Positions 31,084-42,031 of a DNA stretch of 64,000 bases are shown here, one piece after another. Position 1 is the first letter of the stretch, and every line of letters begins with the position of its first letter. The DNA comes from Nitrosopumilus sp. Its GTDB lineage: Archaea > Thermoproteota > Nitrososphaeria > Nitrososphaerales > Nitrosopumilaceae. The position numbers were made by a program, and so were the translations under genes. Location: the NCBI GenBank assembly GCA_965223425.1, contig OZ245003.1, positions 1,344,001 to 1,408,000 of the forward strand, given 5' to 3'. The notes beneath the pieces are model-generated. The model made no database searches. It was not told the origin of the DNA and worked only from the letters and a program-made list of their open reading frames with translations.

Positions 31084-32172
31084 AGGCCTCTTGCGCAACT
31101 AACATAGTTTGATCACAACCTCAACGTTACTGCACAGCAAGATCCAAAGCTAACCTTTCATTACTCCATTTTATGCTAAATCATAAAAAACCAGCAAAAA
31201 AAAACACGAGAGCGTTCCAATCATTTGCGGGAATTGCTCTACAACAGCTTGACTTCTTATCCAAGGCAAACCAAAAAGAACTAGCAGCAACAGAAAGAAA
31301 AGATCATCAAAAGAAAAGACAGCGAAACATTGGAGATGAGTGAAAATTTAACCCGTCCATTAATGATAGATTGGCAGTGTTGCTATTCCGTTGCAGAATG
31401 CACACCACACGTGAATTTGCAGGATATCGCTTCAATTTAGATCAGGGTGATATGCATAGAAACATCAAATATTTGGAGCCTGCAGTAAGAAAATCAACTC
31501 CCATCCCCTCCAAACTGTATGCAGATTCAAAAAAGATCTACAGTATACAACAGTAGCAGCAGCAGCAAGGATTCTTCCCTGGCCTAACTGCAGTGACTGA
31601 CGGCACTGAGCAGCAAATCCCAACACCAAAAGACAAGCGCAAAAGAAAATCGCACTGCCCGGGCAAAAAGAAAAGCGTGCAATCAAACATCAGACCACAG
31701 TCAATGGCATCGGAGGCACAGTCCACAAACTGCCGCATTCTCCTGGATGAAGAAATGATTGTGCAACATGCAAAATAAAACACCCGGTATTATCCGAAGA
31801 GCTGATGCGCTTTTATGGTCCTGATATCTGGGCGTGGAAAAGGACTTTGAAGACCGGATCAGCATTTTACCATACAAGAAAAAAAGGAAGAGAGACAATC
31901 CCACACCAAAAGGAATGGAACAGGACTCAATCCAGAACCCGAACCAGGGTGGAGGCACGCAATCAGTAAAACAAAAAAATTCAGAATTAATTGCGACAAA
32001 TCTAGCAATAGGCTGTGTCGTTATGACGCAGTTAGCTGCATTGCTTGTGAGATTGCTTGTGAGATTGTCAATTTCAAAATGCGATGGAAACAAGAGTTTG
32101 TTGCGGCTCCATAAAATCCAAAGCTGTCGAGAGTGAAAGATGAGATTTTGTTTGTAATTGCGCAAGAGGTCT
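31084..32172 (+). mobile_element. Degenerate IS5-family element (diverged relative; transposase pseudogene)
   Basis: TIR AGGCCTCTTGCGCAA / TTGCGCAAGAGGTCT; fragments MLNHKK, IKYLEPAV, DGTEQQIP. Confidence 0.8.
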
Positions 32173-32282
32173 ATGTGAATCAAAAGTCTCTTACATTAAT
32201 TTGGGCGCAGCATTTTTTGATCACAAAATGCCGTTATTTGCATGGATGACAAAAGCAGAAAACTGCTGACCAAGGCCTACGA

Positions 32283-32320
32283 GAAATAAAGAAATAAAGA
32301 AATAAAGAAATAAAGAAAGA
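32283..32320. repeat. 8-bp microsatellite (GAAATAAA) about x4
   Basis: Read directly. Confidence 0.8.
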
Positions 32321-32571
32321 AAACCCAATTCTAAAAACCAGCGTTGTTCAAAAGTTTCTTTACACTCGTCGATCACAGGCAAATTTTGTTGCACCGTGTT
32401 TGGGGCGTGCAGTCACAAGTCATGCCGGTAAACCACCTCCCGTATGTCGCGGCGTGCAGATTGGAATGTCTTTGCTGCCCAGCTCCCGTTTCCAGCAGGC
32501 AAAAGGATGATGCCAACATCGTCCAACCAACCTCAGAACCCGGCTGCGCCCTGCGACAAAGTGTCGGCAAA

Positions 32572-34242
32572 CTAGAGGTGCCGGATCTCCTCTAGGAACG
32601 CGTGCTTTTTTGAGTTCCTGAACCTGATCTCACTTAGAAATTCCCGAAACCCGGTGCCGTGTCCTGGAACCGACCTCATCTTTTTGAGATGTGCTGCAAA
32701 GTTTTTGTAGCTTCTTCTGCCCTTGCCGATGCCCATCGAAGTCAGCAGGCTTTTGTATGCCCGGTGATACTGTTCAGGATATCTGCTGCATAACGTAAAG
32801 TGATACTGCTCTAGAGCCGCAAGATCCCTGCTTTCCATAATTCTGGAGATGGCCCGGTCAAACATTTTCTCTCTTACCAGCATGTCGACTATAACAGTAA
32901 ATGATCCCGTATAGTTTAGGTACTCTATCATGGACTCTACAATGTCGTCCCAGTCCTTTGAGATTCTCTTTAGCCTGTTATAGTGCCTCCACTCCCCAGT
33001 CTCAAGGAACAGATCCTTGAGGATCTCGCCATACATCGGGTCTGACTTTTTGTAGATCTGGCCGATCTTATTGTAAATCCCCGGAAATGCCCTGATGCCC
33101 TCCACTGCGATGCGCACTGCCGCACTTGGATCCGTTCTGCTCAGGCGCCGGACATATTCTGTGCAGATCTCAGGGTCGTCGCGGTAATGTGCCTTATATG
33201 ACTCGTTTAGGGCAGCATCGTCTCCCATTCTGCCAAGCAAACTGATCTTTGCGCGTATCAGGCTTGCCGTCTTGCCGTATTTGTTATATCTATTCTTGGA
33301 GACATGCACGCCAGACAGGGCAGTCTCAATCATGCCGCACAGGTACTCTAGATCCTGAATTCCGGTACACATCCCCTCCAGGGCTTGTTGCCATACGGTT
33401 CCGTCGTATCTGATCTCGTTTTCACTCCACATCTTGAAGATGTATGCTATGTGCCTGCGCTTTTTCTGGTGGTTTAGGTTCTGTCTGGTTGCGCAGGATG
33501 CGATGCCGCATATGGCCTTCTCTATATATTCCCGGCTGTCTTCTGGATAGTCAGTATCATACATGTTACGTGCCGCGTTTTTGGCTATCTCGTAGTATAT
33601 CCTGGTCGCGGCACTGTGGTCTCCTGCATTGCTGCATGCACTGGCGTCTGCAAAGAACTCATCAAGATCGACTGGTTCGCCCCAGTAGTCGTCCCCATTC
33701 TGCGCGTTGGCGTATGCTGCCTGTATCTCCCTGCCGTAGTCGCGTAAGAGCATGCCTTGCATGCCGCCAAACCGGACAAGAAACTGCTTTCGCACATGCT
33801 CGTCACGGTCAACTTCAGATAGTACAAAGTCCCTTATCTGCTTGGAGGAAATGCTGCTAAGGATGCTTCTGATGCCTGTACTGAAGAGCGCATCGTCTTT
33901 TAGCATCTCGTTGCCGTTGTCCATGACGTAGAGCAGTACGGCAACTATGTGCTTGCAGACGCCCTCATAATCGTACGGACACGTGCAGCTGTAGCTTCTT
34001 TTGCCGGGTCGGAGAGACACATTTACGGCATATTGGTGTGTTCCGGTGACCGTGGCAGTTACAGCGCTTCTGCTTATTCTAGGCGACATCACCCTGTCCT
34101 CCATGTAGTACTCCTCGCCGCGCTCAAAGGATGCCTCAGTAGATATCTCCTTTATTTGTGACGGGGCAAGAAACTTGATCTTTTTTGAAGCGGCATGATC
34201 TGTCCTGTCTGTGCCTGATGCCGCAACCGGGGATCGATTCAT
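32572..34242 (-). CDS. SWIM zinc-finger domain protein with helical C-terminus
   Basis: FERGEEYY, CTCPY...CKHIVAVL. Confidence 0.9.
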   Translation of the reverse strand: MNRSPVAASGTDRTDHAASKKIKFLAPSQIKEISTEASFERGEEYYMEDRVMSPRISRSAVTATVTGTHQYAVNVSLRPGKRSYSCTCPYDYEGVCKHIVAVLLYVMDNGNEMLKDDALFSTGIRSILSSISSKQIRDFVLSEVDRDEHVRKQFLVRFGGMQGMLLRDYGREIQAAYANAQNGDDYWGEPVDLDEFFADASACSNAGDHSAATRIYYEIAKNAARNMYDTDYPEDSREYIEKAICGIASCATRQNLNHQKKRRHIAYIFKMWSENEIRYDGTVWQQALEGMCTGIQDLEYLCGMIETALSGVHVSKNRYNKYGKTASLIRAKISLLGRMGDDAALNESYKAHYRDDPEICTEYVRRLSRTDPSAAVRIAVEGIRAFPGIYNKIGQIYKKSDPMYGEILKDLFLETGEWRHYNRLKRISKDWDDIVESMIEYLNYTGSFTVIVDMLVREKMFDRAISRIMESRDLAALEQYHFTLCSRYPEQYHRAYKSLLTSMGIGKGRRSYKNFAAHLKKMRSVPGHGTGFREFLSEIRFRNSKKHAFLEEIRHL

Positions 34243-34319
34243 GTCCTTGGTGGCACATGGAAAGTTTTATCCTTTGTGTGCATGCTATTTGATCTTTTTT
34301 ACAACCGGGATTACCATGT

Positions 34320-35685
34320 CAGTAGTTCCCAGATGTAGATTTACCGCAACCGCAACTGGCATCGGTTCTACTTGCCTCGATCATTGACAAACAACTCGTT
34401 TCTGCTTGTAATGTACACGATAAACAACGCCATGGTGAGTTTTTTTCCCGCAGAAGACACTCTTCCATGCCTCTTTCCCGCATCAAGGCAGAACCTGGCA
34501 ATCCTCCACAGGTTGTACAGCAGCAGCGGCAGGTAAAACATCAGCAGCCTCACAGACAGGGAGTTGCTGCATGTCCTGCCCATGATCTCCTTTATGACGC
34601 GAAACCCCGTCTCGATGCCCCATCTCTTGCGGTACTGCTCCGGTATGATGCCTGTCATGGCTCTGGCGCTCCTGATGGGAATGTTTGTTGCAAACGCAAT
34701 GTATTGCTCCTCCTCCTCTTCCCCCTCCTTTTTCTTCTTCTTCTTCCTGTCTCTTTTGACAATTACAAGGTTGTAGGTCACAGTTACGCCGTCTTTGTTA
34801 GTCATTGACTGCTGCGATACCTGGCTTGCCTTTCCGTCCTTGTACATCTTGACTATCCTCTTGATCTTGGAGTTCATGATGACAGGCATGATGTAGCGGC
34901 ACCCGCCCTTTCCTGCCTCTGTCATGCAGTCAACGTTGTAAAAGGCGCGGTCGTACAGGAACACAGTCTTTGAGTGTGCGCCCCCTCTGAGGATTTTCGT
35001 GCGTGTTTTGGCTATAAAATCGGCCAGTTTTTCCTTTGCCGGTAGTAGCTTCGATTCCAGGACAATCTGCGAGGAGTCCCTGCCGACTCCGTGCACTGCG
35101 ACATACGAGAGAAACGTGGATGTTCCTGCCCTTGGACGCGACTTTCTTGTATGCTCCTGCAGCTGCTCCCCATGGTATGGTATGTCCGTAACGTCTATTG
35201 CAATGGCGTCGATGTCCTGCAGCATTCCTGCACGGCGGGCGTGCCGCACCGTGCGTGCCAGCGTCCTTGCACACCAGGCCTGCACGTCTGCCGGTTTGAC
35301 GCCACGGACTGCAGACATGACCAGGTCTGCATCAGGCGTACGTGCACCCGTGTCTTGAAGCCTGTTGTGCCGTACGAGGGATTCTACAAACGTGTTTCTC
35401 TCAGACGCCTTGATTAGCACGTCCAGTATGTCATTGCATCCGTATACGGCGTTGTGCCTCTCAGACATTGGCATGCCAAGCTTTTGAAACGACGAGCGCA
35501 GGATTTTAAACCGGTTTGATGTTATATTGTACTGGCGTGCGATCAGTTCGTCATGTAATTCGACTTTCATGACATATTGCACGCCGTAGCCTAATCTGGA
35601 TCTTTGCATTGCAGTTATGCGGTAACGCACCGGCATCTGGGCATAAACCTACATCTGGGCACAAATCTACATCTGGGAACTACTG
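34320..35685 (-). mobile_element. ISH3-like (IS4 superfamily) element, transposase 34368-35636, 4-bp TSD ATGT
   Basis: TIR CAGTAGTTCCCAGATGTAGATTT; AIDVT, YDRAFY, YRKRWGIETGFR; about 19-bp subterminal repeats at the right end. Confidence 0.92.
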
Positions 35686-35689
35686 ATGT

Positions 35690-36183
35690 GTGATCTGAGC
35701 CATATGTTGTCACGGAGTGGTTTGCACTAGTTTGTTGCATGACTTGGATCCTAGGCAGGAAATTTACCCAACTCTTGACTGGCCTGTGCGTGCTATGCAA
35801 CAAACTGCCGTGACTGAGATGTATCACCCAGCTGGATCCGACCGTAAGTACCTGCACGAGCCTGAATACCGAAGATCTTCGCCATCCTTGGATATTGCCG
35901 AAGTGTTCAAACCTGTAATCGTGGACAAGGCGATATTTAAGATCGTAGGCAGCAGGATGTTTGACTCTGGTGGTTTTGATGACTCTTTGAATGGGTGTTA
36001 TCTTGGCGAATCAGATAGGAAGACGTTTGTCAAAGAGTATGATGAAAGGCTGGACAGCACCGTCCATGTCTCTTCGCTGAAAAAAAAAACGTAAGCTACA
36101 GGCGGCTGTTGCAGATGGAATGCCACAAGATAGTCAAGTACATTGTGGAGGATGCGCGCTACGTCGGATTCAGACAGAGGTAA
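35690..36183 (+). pseudogene. cas1: Relic cas1 (3' part, frameshifted)
   Basis: YLHEPEYRRSSPSLDIAEVFKPVIVD; frameshift in the A-tract near 36080-36090. Confidence 0.85.
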
Positions 36184-36447
36184 TGTATTGCATAACAACG
36201 TACGACATCAGAGTGGAGCACATTGATGCCGTACGCGTCATAGTAAAACAGCACCTCAACTGGATTCAAAATTCGGTCTTTGAGGGAGACATATCTGTGT
36301 CAAACTTGGCAGAGCTGAAATCCAAGATATCTGACCTGTTAGGTGATAGCGAAGATTCTGTTCTTGTATTTACAGTAAACAGTCCTGCGTGGATAAAAAA
36401 AAGGGTTGCTGGGAATTGATAAAAATACCCCAGATAACATAACCTAG
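36183..36447 (+). pseudogene. cas2: Relic cas2 (probable frameshift near the C-terminus)
   Basis: MYCITTYDI...LNWIQNSVFEGDIS. Confidence 0.85.
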
Positions 36448-36657
36448 TTATGGTATTCTGTTTGGCAAACGACTATGGTTGCCGTATCTTTAGAAATTAT
36501 GCGCAATTGGAAGTTTGACAAAAAACTTGTCTTATCATCGAACATTCCTCAATGTCCAAAAAGGATACACGGTAAGACCCATCCGGCCAACAAAGATTCT
36601 GGTGGTTCTGACCGATAATAACTGCACGCAGGTACCGCATTGCCTGGGCGGTTGAAG

Positions 36658-37329
36658 CTAACCCCTCTTTGGCAAAAATGGAATTATAAACCTTACAAAC
36701 TCCATGACGTTCTTTGTCTGCATGTATACTGTGCCAGGACCAGTAATCTCCATTACCAGTGCTTCTCCCCCAAACAAAGTGGTCTTGAAACTGCCGTGTT
36801 TTTTGACTTTGTAGCTTGCAGTAGAGCTCAGCGCAACTAGTTGATAGTTGTCAATTGTCATCTTCTCGCCCACTTGCAGTATGGTCTTTAAAATGCCGCC
36901 CCATGCATTAACAAAGATGTCCCCGCTACCTATTGTCTTTAGCATGAACATGTTGGTTCCAAAGATCCCCCTTGTGAATCCCTGCCATTTGGTATCCAGC
37001 GTCAGCTCGCCTGTGGAGCCAACAAACGCCCCGGATTGAATGATAAATTCCTCGTTTACGTTGATTACCTCGATGTCTCCAAGCATGTTGCCGGTTAACC
37101 CCAGTGTACAGCTGTCTTCTTGCGCAATGAACTCGTTTACAAAAAATGACTCTCCGCCCAGAGCCGCGGCTTTTAGTGATTTGAAGAAACCGCCCTTTCT
37201 CATTTTGGTTTCAGTTACGATGTTGCCTCTGATGTATACCATGGCAGCAGCTTCTGCAGTTACCTTTTCGCCTTTGTTTAGCGCAAACTCGATTAGCCCC
37301 ATCGGGTTTTTTAGAATGTTATATTGCAA
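36658..37329 (-). CDS. AIM24/TIGR00266 family protein
   Basis: AEAAAMV, LGGESFFVNEF, FGGEALVMEITGPGTVYMQT. Confidence 0.9.
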   Translation of the reverse strand: MQYNILKNPMGLIEFALNKGEKVTAEAAAMVYIRGNIVTETKMRKGGFFKSLKAAALGGESFFVNEFIAQEDSCTLGLTGNMLGDIEVINVNEEFIIQSGAFVGSTGELTLDTKWQGFTRGIFGTNMFMLKTIGSGDIFVNAWGGILKTILQVGEKMTIDNYQLVALSSTASYKVKKHGSFKTTLFGGEALVMEITGPGTVYMQTKNVMEFVRFIIPFLPKRG

Positions 37330-37404
37330 TGGCCAATCCCAGACTTGGCATAATTTAGATATTTCTGCTATGTTTATTAATCCCTATATCGCTGACAATT
37401 ATAT

Positions 37405-38766
37405 ATGCTGACATTCTACAAGATCATTAAACCATCAGATTTTAGCATCATACTCTTATCTACATTTGTTATTCTATTTAGTGTGTATTCTGTTGATTTG
37501 GCATATGCCGAAGACGCAATGGCCGAAGACGCAATGGCCGAAGACGCAATGGCCGAAGACGCAATGGCCGAAGACGCAATGGCCGAAGACGCAATGGCCG
37601 AAGACGCAATGGCCGAAGACGCAATGGCCGAAGACGCAATGGCCGAAGACGCAATGGCCGAAGACGCAATGGCCGAAGACGCAATGGCCGAAGACGCAAT
37701 GGCCGAAGACGCAATGGCCGAAGACGCAATGGCCGAAGACGCAATGGCCGAAGACGCAATGGCCGAAGACGCAATGGCCGAAGACGACAACAAATCAGAA
37801 GACATGATGATGACTGATTCTAATGAAATTGCAAGGCATTCTCCCCCACTACAGCAACACAGAGATGGAATCCCACTTGATGCTATTCAGTGCAACAGTC
37901 CAAATGAACTGTACATAAGAAATTCTCAGACTCCCATATGTGTCAGAACCACTACCTATGAACGCCTCTTAGAGTACGGCATAGATCTGGCTCCATACGA
38001 CGAATTTGCGGCCAACAAGGCAAAGACAGACATGGTTCAACCCAAGGACGCAGACATGCATGATTCAACCATGGAAGAAACCAGTCTGAATTTAACCGAG
38101 GAAGAAAAGACATACCTTGAAGCCACTCCCACCTTGAGGGTCGCATACGATCCTGACTATCCTCCGCTAGAATACGCTGACGAATCCGGCCAGCTTTCAG
38201 GCTTTACGGCACGGTTCATATTAGAATTTGAAAAAGTTCTCGGAGTCGACATAGAACCGATTCCAATATCCAACTGGACACACGCCCTCGAGTCAATAAA
38301 GAACAGGGATGCAGACGTCATGTTTCTTATAGCAGACGTCGAGGAGAGGCACGAGTATATGGGATTTACAACATCTTATGATACGCTGCCTACCAACATA
38401 ATAACAACGGGTGATCAACCAGTAAGCCCAGAGGAACTTGCCGACATGGCAGTGGTTACCGTAGTGAATTATGGCATAGAGTCTTGGCTTGATGAGAACC
38501 GTCCGGATGTCAACTACAAGTCAGTAGATGACATCAAAGCCGGACTAGACGCGATTCAGGCCGGAGATGCAGATGTGTTTTTGGAGTCGTGGATTGTCGT
38601 GTCCCACAAGGCAGAAGAACTCGGCATTGAGGGCCTGTATGACGCAGGATCCACAGGATACGGCTATGATTTTACCGTGGGATATAGAGGAGACCAGCCC
38701 CTTCTTGCATCCATCATGCAAAAGGCAGTAGATTCCGTACCGGATGTCCCATTTGACGCACAGTGA
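37405..38766 (+). CDS. Extracellular solute-binding (family 3-like) protein with N-terminal AEDAM pentapeptide tract
   Basis: Signal/TM segment; LTEEEKTYL...LRVAYDPDYPPLEY...G motif. Confidence 0.85.
   Translation: MLTFYKIIKPSDFSIILLSTFVILFSVYSVDLAYAEDAMAEDAMAEDAMAEDAMAEDAMAEDAMAEDAMAEDAMAEDAMAEDAMAEDAMAEDAMAEDAMAEDAMAEDAMAEDAMAEDAMAEDAMAEDDNKSEDMMMTDSNEIARHSPPLQQHRDGIPLDAIQCNSPNELYIRNSQTPICVRTTTYERLLEYGIDLAPYDEFAANKAKTDMVQPKDADMHDSTMEETSLNLTEEEKTYLEATPTLRVAYDPDYPPLEYADESGQLSGFTARFILEFEKVLGVDIEPIPISNWTHALESIKNRDADVMFLIADVEERHEYMGFTTSYDTLPTNIITTGDQPVSPEELADMAVVTVVNYGIESWLDENRPDVNYKSVDDIKAGLDAIQAGDADVFLESWIVVSHKAEELGIEGLYDAGSTGYGYDFTVGYRGDQPLLASIMQKAVDSVPDVPFDAQ
37507..37785 (+). repeat. Perfect 15-bp tandem repeat GCCGAAGACGCAATG x18.6
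   Basis: Read directly. Confidence 0.97.
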
Positions 38767-38824
38767 TACTAGGACATAATACTTTAGCAAATAACCTGAA
38801 TCATATTTTGCTCAAGTTATTAGT

Positions 38825-39985
38825 GTGATTAAAATCAACCAATCATTGACAGAGCACATGTTTTTACAGGCAGAATCAGTAATGGTCGTACTTGCGGCAA
38901 TAACTGTAGCAATAATAGTCTGTGCAGTATTTTACGGAATTCAACGCAAAAGCATCTCTGAGATAAAGAAGAGCGTGCAGCCTTTAAGCAATCTGGATCC
39001 GAAGATCCAGTATGACGTATCCAGAATAGACAATCAATTAAAGACAGCCTACGATGATCTGACAAATCTAAAGACTACACTGCCACACACAAACGAGGTT
39101 GCAACCGTACAAGAAAACATCCAAAGGCTCTGTACTGATTTTTCAGAACTACAAACAAGCATTATTGAACAAATGAACAAGTTTAAGCTTGGCACCACTG
39201 AAGACCTTAACAAAACAAAAGATGAGATGATAAAAAACGCAACACAACAAGTTACAGAACACGCAAATACCCACTTGGCTGAGAACAGCGTATCAAGAGA
39301 AGAGTTTGAAAATCTCAAAGAACGAATCGAGAAGATGGTGGGTGCAGACGAGGTAGCAGAACGAATGGAAGTGCTGTCATTACTGTTTGATTCGTCCCAA
39401 ATCAAGATATTAAACTGGCAATGCAAGTTAATCAAATTACTCAAAGGTGGATTGGCCCCAGACGCAGAAGAGGACACAATTGTCTCAGAGGGAATTCCAA
39501 AATCAAGATGCAACGAGTTCTTAAAGCAGTTAACCCAGGCAGGAATTGCCGAAACAAAAGAAGTTGAAGCATTTTATCTGGTGCCAGATTACGAATGGAT
39601 TTACAGTTATGTGGATAATCCAGACTGGTTGCAAAAACGGCTTGGCGATGCAATCAAAAAAGAGAGGGAATATCAGCACTATATCAAAAATAACTTGAAT
39701 TTAGTAGAAGAGGGGCTATTGCTTGAAGAGTCCGAATACAAATTGGCCACTGGCAACATTGACTTTATTTGCAGGGATTCATCAGGCAGAGCAGTCGGCT
39801 TGGAGCTAAAATATCCTGTAGCATATACCCGTGACAAGCGACAGATAGCAGGTTACAAAAGTGATTATCTGGAAAAAACGGGCAGCACAAACTCTAGGTT
39901 TATTGTAGTGGCCCCAAAGATTCCAGAAAAACTAAAGGCATTGTTGCAAAGCGATGGATTTGAGTATAGGGAAGTTGAATTCTAG
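38825..39985 (+). CDS. Membrane-anchored coiled-coil protein with C-terminal NucS/DUF91-like nuclease domain
   Basis: TM helix, heptad-rich middle, EREYQHYI...GNIDFICRD...VGLELK...QIAGY. Confidence 0.75.
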   Translation: MIKINQSLTEHMFLQAESVMVVLAAITVAIIVCAVFYGIQRKSISEIKKSVQPLSNLDPKIQYDVSRIDNQLKTAYDDLTNLKTTLPHTNEVATVQENIQRLCTDFSELQTSIIEQMNKFKLGTTEDLNKTKDEMIKNATQQVTEHANTHLAENSVSREEFENLKERIEKMVGADEVAERMEVLSLLFDSSQIKILNWQCKLIKLLKGGLAPDAEEDTIVSEGIPKSRCNEFLKQLTQAGIAETKEVEAFYLVPDYEWIYSYVDNPDWLQKRLGDAIKKEREYQHYIKNNLNLVEEGLLLEESEYKLATGNIDFICRDSSGRAVGLELKYPVAYTRDKRQIAGYKSDYLEKTGSTNSRFIVVAPKIPEKLKALLQSDGFEYREVEF

Positions 39986-40170
39986 TCTGCATGACACATC
40001 ATTGTCTGGGCTTGGCTGATAAAAGCTCCGTCCTGCTTCCGTGTCAGACATGCTCATGACGGCCGACTGGGCATACAGCAGGCAGGCAAAAGGATGACGC
40101 CAACGTTGCCCAATCAATCTTAAAACCAGGATGCGCCTTGTCATGAAGTGTCGGCAAGCTAGAGGTGCCG

Positions 40171-41315
40171 TAGTAAGTACATAAAAAAACTGAATCATTT
40201 TGACAATTATTTTTGGCCAAAAGATCCAAGACCGGCCATACCGCACACACTGCATGTACAAACAAAAAAAGAGACAGGCTGCAAGGGGGGCAAAATTTCT
40301 GCCAAACACCGGCGTTGCAGACCTCAAAAGGGCATACAAAAAGGAGACTGATCCCAGAAGGCGCGACAGGCTGCTTGCGTACATGCAGCGCAAGGACGGC
40401 GTGCCGCTAGACAGGATCGGAAGGATGCTGGGAAGGCCCAAGTCCACCATATCTGCATGGCTCAACCGCGCACAGGACGAGGGAATGCGCGCAAGGTTCG
40501 AGCGCAGCGGCAGGGGACGAAAGCGTTTGATAGACGGACTGCAGACAAGACAGCTTGCAGCAGACCTGGATGCGGGGCCAGAATCATGCGGCTTTGAGAG
40601 CAGCCTGTGGGATTCCAACCTCGCAAGGCTGCACATCAAGCGAAAGTTCGGCGTGCAGTACAGCAAGGCAGGCGCGCTACAGCTGATCAGGGAGACGGGC
40701 TTTTCGTGGAGCAGGGCGCGTCCAAAAAACCCAAGATCAGCCTCAAAAAGAAAGCAAAAAGAGTTTCAGGAGCGGGCAAAAAAACCCGTTGCAGAAAAGT
40801 CGGCGCAGGGATACACCGTACTGGCCGGCGATGCATCCTCGATTCAAAGGGCACCAGACAGGCCCGGCTACGGATGGAGAAGGCGCGGCAAGCGCGCCAC
40901 ATCCCCCCCTCTGTTTTGTCACGCGAAAGAAGATACATTTGGAGTCCTGTCAGCAAGCGCGTTTTACCTTATGTTTTATGAAAAGTCAAACAGCGACAGC
41001 TTTTGCAGCTTTTTGGAACGGGTTCACAAAAGATTCGGCAGGGTGCTGCTGCTGTCTGTGGACAATGCGTCATATCACAAATCCAAAAAGGCAAGGGAGT
41101 TTCTGGAAAGATACAACGGCGAGACAGTTCTGGAATGCCTGCTGCCGTACACGCCGGAGCTTAATCCCATTGAGATGCAGTGAAGGGTGATAAAACGGGT
41201 ACTGTCTGCAAAGGTGTTTGGCACGCCAGGTGGGATGGAGCAGTCAGTACGCAAGCTGTTTGCCAGAAAGGAGATCCTGCCTGTGAAAATATTCAATTAT
41301 TTAATATGCTAACTA
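40171..41315 (+). mobile_element. IS630-family element, family 1 copy A (frameshifts, premature stop)
   Basis: Ends TAGTAAGTACAT / ATATGCTAACTA; DNASYH, PYTPELNPIE. Confidence 0.9.
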
Positions 41316-41795
41316 CAGTAACGGACCAGTGCCGATGCATATCTGGGTTACTGCGCCAAAAAGAGTTATCGACAATTCAACATCCTCGGGTGCTCGGAAG
41401 TTAATTCGGACAAGCCGCTTGCAATCCAGGAAATCCCAAAAAACGCCAGGATTCCAGCAGAGATGGCCGGCATGTACTTTCTGGGGATCTCTCTCTCTTT
41501 TTTTTATCACTGCAAAAGGAACAACCAGGCATCATGCCGACAGATATGCACGTATTGGTTCTGTGACTCTAATTGGGTTCCACCATTCTCACAGCTCTGA
41601 GAATTGGGATTGTATTGGCGCATGATGGGACAATCTAACGTGCAGTAGAGTTCAGAATATGCAAAAACAATCAATGACAAAGGCAACGCAACTGAGAGTA
41701 ATATCGGAGATCTCTTCATCTCACTGCTGTTCAAAAACGTGACAGTGACATGTGTTGCTTTGAGGATAATCATCATCCGTTACCTAAATCTAAAA

Positions 41796-41981
41796 TTAAA
41801 CACCAAATGACTTGGTTGCTTTTTCACATTTGGGGCATGCTGTCCCGTTTATCTTGATCCCGCACTTTCTGCAGTGCATATCAACCCCCATAACATCGCG
41901 TGGAGATGTTTTAATTGCTTTGATAATCAAAATTATTGCGATTAGAACGCCTATTGCAATTACTATTAACACAAATACCAT
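41796..41981 (-). CDS. Small membrane-anchored zinc-ribbon protein
   Basis: TM helix plus CRKC...CPKC; ATG at MVFVLIV. Confidence 0.65.
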   Translation of the reverse strand: MVFVLIVIAIGVLIAIILIIKAIKTSPRDVMGVDMHCRKCGIKINGTACPKCEKATKSFGV

Positions 41982-42031
41982 ATATAAGAATACACTAACA
42001 GTGATAAAGAGCTTTAACTTTCCATTTAGCC

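Noticed and set aside
36448-36657. Possible CRISPR array or leader after the relic cas2
   Set aside because: No repeats visible
37416-37807. Alternative-frame repeat ORFs (ASSAI, PKTQW, RLRPL)
   Set aside because: Shadows of the stop-free 15-bp repeat; the AEDAM frame is continuous with a signal peptide and a recognisable domain
39932-40666. Long antisense ORFs over IS630, ISH3 and the GC-rich surface protein gene
   Set aside because: Overlap well-supported genes on the opposite strand and show no motifs
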